Shown one piece after another: positions 60,410-64,000 of a stretch of DNA of 64,000 nucleotides. Under the pieces are notes generated by a model that saw only the letters and a list, made by a program, of their open reading frames with translations, was not told the DNA's origin and did not search any database. The DNA is from Felis catus (lineage: Eukaryota): contig NC_058368.1 of the NCBI RefSeq assembly GCF_018350175.1, positions 135,906,001-135,970,000 of the forward strand, read 5' to 3'. Every line of letters starts with the position of its first letter. The first letter of the stretch is position 1. The position numbers and the translations under genes are program-made.

Positions 60410-60484
60410 AGTTTGTTTTTTTTTTTTTTTTTTTTATGAAAAAGAGCATGTGTGAGTGGGGGGAGGGAGAATGGGTGAGGAGGG

Positions 60485-60534
<50 letters not shown>

Positions 60535-61775
60535 CCCAAGCAGGCTCCACTCTGTCAGTTCAGAACCCGATACAGGGCTTGAACCCTCAAGGCATGAGAT
60601 CATGACCTAAGCGGAAATCAAGAGGCAACACTGAACTGAGCTATCCAGGTGCCCCTCTGACCTGAGATTCTTATGTGTGCTTCTGTCTTCTATAAAGAAC
60701 ATTCCATACATTCTGTTGTGAAAGGATGTGGTCGTTAGTAAAGGTTAATTGCATACAGTGATTCCCTTACGTAGGTGATTCTGTGATAAAAGGCAAAATC
60801 AATAATTTCTCTTTATCTTGAAAAATTTAAAGAAGTATAGAAAATGAAAAATACAAATATCCAGGGTGCCTGGGTGGCTCAGTTGGTTAAGCATCCAACT
60901 CTTGGTTTCTGCTCAGGTCGTGATCTCACGATTTGTGGGTTTGAGCCTCACGTCAGGCTCCACGCTGATAGTATGGAGCCTGCTTGGGATTCTCTCTCTC
61001 CCTCCCTCTCTCTGCCCCTTCCCTGCTCGCTCGCTCTCTCAAAAATGAATAAACTTAAAGAAACACATATATCCACCACCAAGAAATGACAGTTGTTAGT
61101 TTTGTCATATATGCCTTTTATTTTGTGAAATAAATTTAAGTCTATTGGTACTTATACTAAAAGTTACATTGTATACACACGTGAAATTATCACTTATTCC
61201 TTATATCATTCTATTGACCTTATCATTTCTCATTCTCATTTTACAGGAAAGAAAAATAATGTTGTAGATTAGTCCACTGTCACATACTAGCAAGTGATTA
61301 AACTAGGATTGGAAGCTTGGTCTGTTGAAAATAATAGGCTCCGTACCCCTGTTCTAGGTTGCCTGTCACTAAATTAATGTTTTGGGTAAGAAGCGATTGG
61401 TCTGTATGGTGTTAATAAAATTTCGTATTTTAATTGTAAGTGCATTTTAAGTACTTTGAATTAATGTAAAATGCTTCATATGAAATATCTGAAGTATCTG
61501 TAAAGATCTGAGTGGGTGTGTGTGTGTAAAGAAGGGTAAGAACAGTGGCACCTGGGTGGCTCAGTCGGTTAGGTGTCCAACTCTTGATTTTGGTTCAGGT
61601 CATGATCTCACAGTTCATGAGTTTGAGCCCTGAGTCAGGCTCTTTGCTGACAGCTTGGAACCTGGAACCTGCTTCGGATTTTGTGTCTCCCTCTGTCTCT
61701 GCCCCTCCCCCACTCACGCGCACGCGCGCGCTCTCTCTCTCTCTCAAAAGTAAATAAACATTAAAAAAAAAAAAG
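60410..61775. mobile_element. CanSINEs: - 60410-60655, + 60864-61060, + 61546-61775
   Basis: First has an 18-bp TSD TCTGACCTGAGATTCTTA. Confidence 0.92.
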
Positions 61776-62274
61776 ACGAATGAATTAGATACAGGGGTGT
61801 ATTATCCCTTCTGTGTCTCATATTAACATTTCTTTTAATGAGAATAGTTTTCATAAAAATGCCCAAGTAACTTGGGTAGTTTTTAGAAAACACTTAAAAT
61901 AATGCCACTTTGTGGTTAGAGAAAAGCATGGAAACATAACTGATTTTGTGTGTGTGTGTGACTGCAACAAAATGTAGGCGTCTCCCCAAGATTTGTAATT
62001 GCTGCCACAGGACCAGCTCGCTCTTCCCTGCTTGGGTTGTTGTGTTCTTGCTTTGCCCTCCAGCAATTACTTGACCTTGGACACATTATTTACCCTTCCT
62101 CTCCTTCAGTTTGCTTATTTGTGTGAGAGCTATTTGTACCTGATCTCATAGTTGTTATTAAGGTTCATGTGGGACTTAGCTACAGTCCTTGTCGGACAGT
62201 AATAAGTAAGGGCTCTTATCTCCCAAAGCTGGAAGGTGATGCTTTAAACAAGCTTTTAAAAAGCAAAAAGTGAT

Positions 62275-63830
62275 GGGGCGCCTGGGTGGCACAGTCGGTT
62301 AAGCATCCGACTTCAGCCAGGTCGTGATCTCGCGGTCCGTGGGTTCGAGCCCCGCGTCGGGCTCTGGGCTGATGGCTCAGAGCCTGGAGCCTGTTTCTGA
62401 TTCTGTGTCTCCCTCTCTCTCTGCCCCTCCCCCGTTCATGCTCTGTCTCTCTCTGTCCCAAAAATAAAATGAAAAAAAAAAAAAAAAAGTTGAAAAAAAA
62501 AAGCAAAAAGTGTTTTAAGAATGTATGTATCATCCCAATCCCTATATGCTTGGTCAGTGCTGGGTGCTATAAATTAGGCTATGAATTTATAAACTTAGGC
62601 TATAAATTAGGCTGTTATAAATTAGGCTATAAATTCTTTTGAATTCTAGACAACTGCATTAGGCTTAGCCACAACTTCATAAATAATGAACAGGTGCTTT
62701 AAAAGATAGATTTACAGGGGCGCCTGGGTGGCGCAGTCGGTTAAGCGTCCGACTTCAGCCAGGTCACGATCTCGCGGTCCGTGAGTTCGAGCCCCGCGTC
62801 GGGCTCTGGGCTGATGGCTCAGAGCCTGGAGCCTGTTTCCGATTCTGTGTCTCCCTCTCTCTCTGCCCCTCCCCCATTCATGCTCTCTCTCTGTCCCAAA
62901 AAATAAATAAACATTGAAAAACAAAAATTAAAAAAAAAAAAAAGATAGATTTACATATCAAAATAAGGACTATTAGGGACTGTTAAAAGCAGTTGTGCAG
63001 GTTTTCAGTGAGTCTTTCTCTGGAATGATTTAGGTTCTATCTAAAGGTATTGGAGGGGTGCCTGGGTGGTTCAATCAGTTAAGTGTCTGACTTCAGCTCA
63101 GGTCATGATCTAATAGCTCCTGAGTTCAAGCTCTGTCCTGGGCTCTGTGCTGACACCCAGAGCCTGGAGCCTGCTTCAGATTCTGTGTCTCAGTCTCTCT
63201 CTCTCTCTGTCTGCCCCTCCCCTGCTCGTGCTCTCTCTCTCAAAAATAAACATTAAAAAATAAAAATTAAAAAAAAAAAAAGGCATTGGAATAGGCAGGC
63301 TCACCTCTCCCATTCTCCAAAGTTGTACACCCTGAATTTCAGCTTAATAACATGGGCTGAGCTCTTCATAAATTTCTTAACTCAGTGGACTGTGTCCAGG
63401 TACCCATGGGCAAAGAACTGTTTCATTCTTCACAGTTGTCCCCGAGTTTTACTAGTTGAAACATTAGGCTAGGTTAGATCCATTTCTTTATTCTACCCAT
63501 TTGCACACAATTAGAATATTACGTCAGTCATAATTATGGCAAGAGATTATAATCCATGGATTTATGCATTTTTTGTTTTGCCTTAGTACCACTCCTACTT
63601 GAGTCAAGATCTACGAATAAAATCTATACAGTTGTTTAAATGATTCAGCCTCCTCTCCACAAATAAGCTTTAAATTTATTGGGAACTCCTGTTCTTTTCC
63701 TAGTTTTTCATTAAAAACAAAGGCCTTCCTTAGGGGATCCTGACTGGCTCAGTCAGTAAAGCATATGACTGTTGATCTCAGGGTCGTGAGTCCAAACCCC
63801 ACATTGGGTGTGGAGCCTACTTAAAAATTT
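62275..63830 (+). mobile_element. Four sense CanSINEs (young 62275-62500 and 62717-62943; older 63055-63280, 63733-63830)
   Basis: TSDs AAAAAGCAAAAAGTG and AAAAGATAGATTTACA for the young copies. Confidence 0.92.
62566..62635. repeat. Degenerate 12-bp minisatellite GCTATAAATTAG
   Basis: About five imperfect units visible. Confidence 0.85.
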
Positions 63831-64000
63831 TTAAAAATGCTTTTTTAATTAAAAAAAGTTGTTCCCAGACTGATGGATAGTGAACATACACAGGATATAT
63901 ACTTGGGACTTGGGGGTGTGGCCACTTGTCCCAAAGGAATGCATCCTGTCTTGGAATACGATGGCCAACGGGAGTGGAGGGAAAGAAAAAGGAAAAAGTG

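Noticed and set aside
600..62924. Many similar 60-130 aa ORFs (MAQSVERPTSAQVMIS..., ...RGRERGRHRIGNRLQA...)
   Set aside because: Translations of CanSINE copies in different frames, not a gene family or CRISPR-like array
63300..64000. Possible neighbouring gene at the window end
   Set aside because: No recognisable exon or ORF

Overview
Mammalian (felid-type) genomic DNA holding the complete occludin gene (OCLN) on the + strand. It has a CpG-island promoter with two alternative non-coding first exons (donors after 4066 and 4271) and eight coding exons: 13889-13938, 19283-19958, 22614-22775, 45169-45314, 51439-51654, 54875-55046, 56449-56490 and 58410-58511. These sum to 1566 nt = 521 aa + stop, and all introns are GT-AG. 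A 3' UTR with several poly(A) signals follows. The rest is dominated by roughly 70-75 carnivore tRNA-derived SINEs (CanSINE, including about 10 young feline-type copies), three truncated L1s, and old L1M/L2/MIR/MER/MLT relics; nearly all other ORFs in the track are repeat or GC artefacts. I see no new multi-gene system. The best lead is a cryptic, partly L1-derived cassette exon in intron 2 (17378-17572). It encodes a 56-aa N-terminus matching the size of the 'occludin 1B' isoform described in dog cells, but at 195 nt it would stay in frame with the canonical start here. Other leads are competing splice acceptors at exons 5 and 9, a spliced uORF, ZEB/Snail, GRHL, miR-200, miR-122 and Pumilio motifs, and a SINE carrying a probable 3'-transduced source tag. 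Repeat boundaries are approximate and comparisons with other species are from memory.
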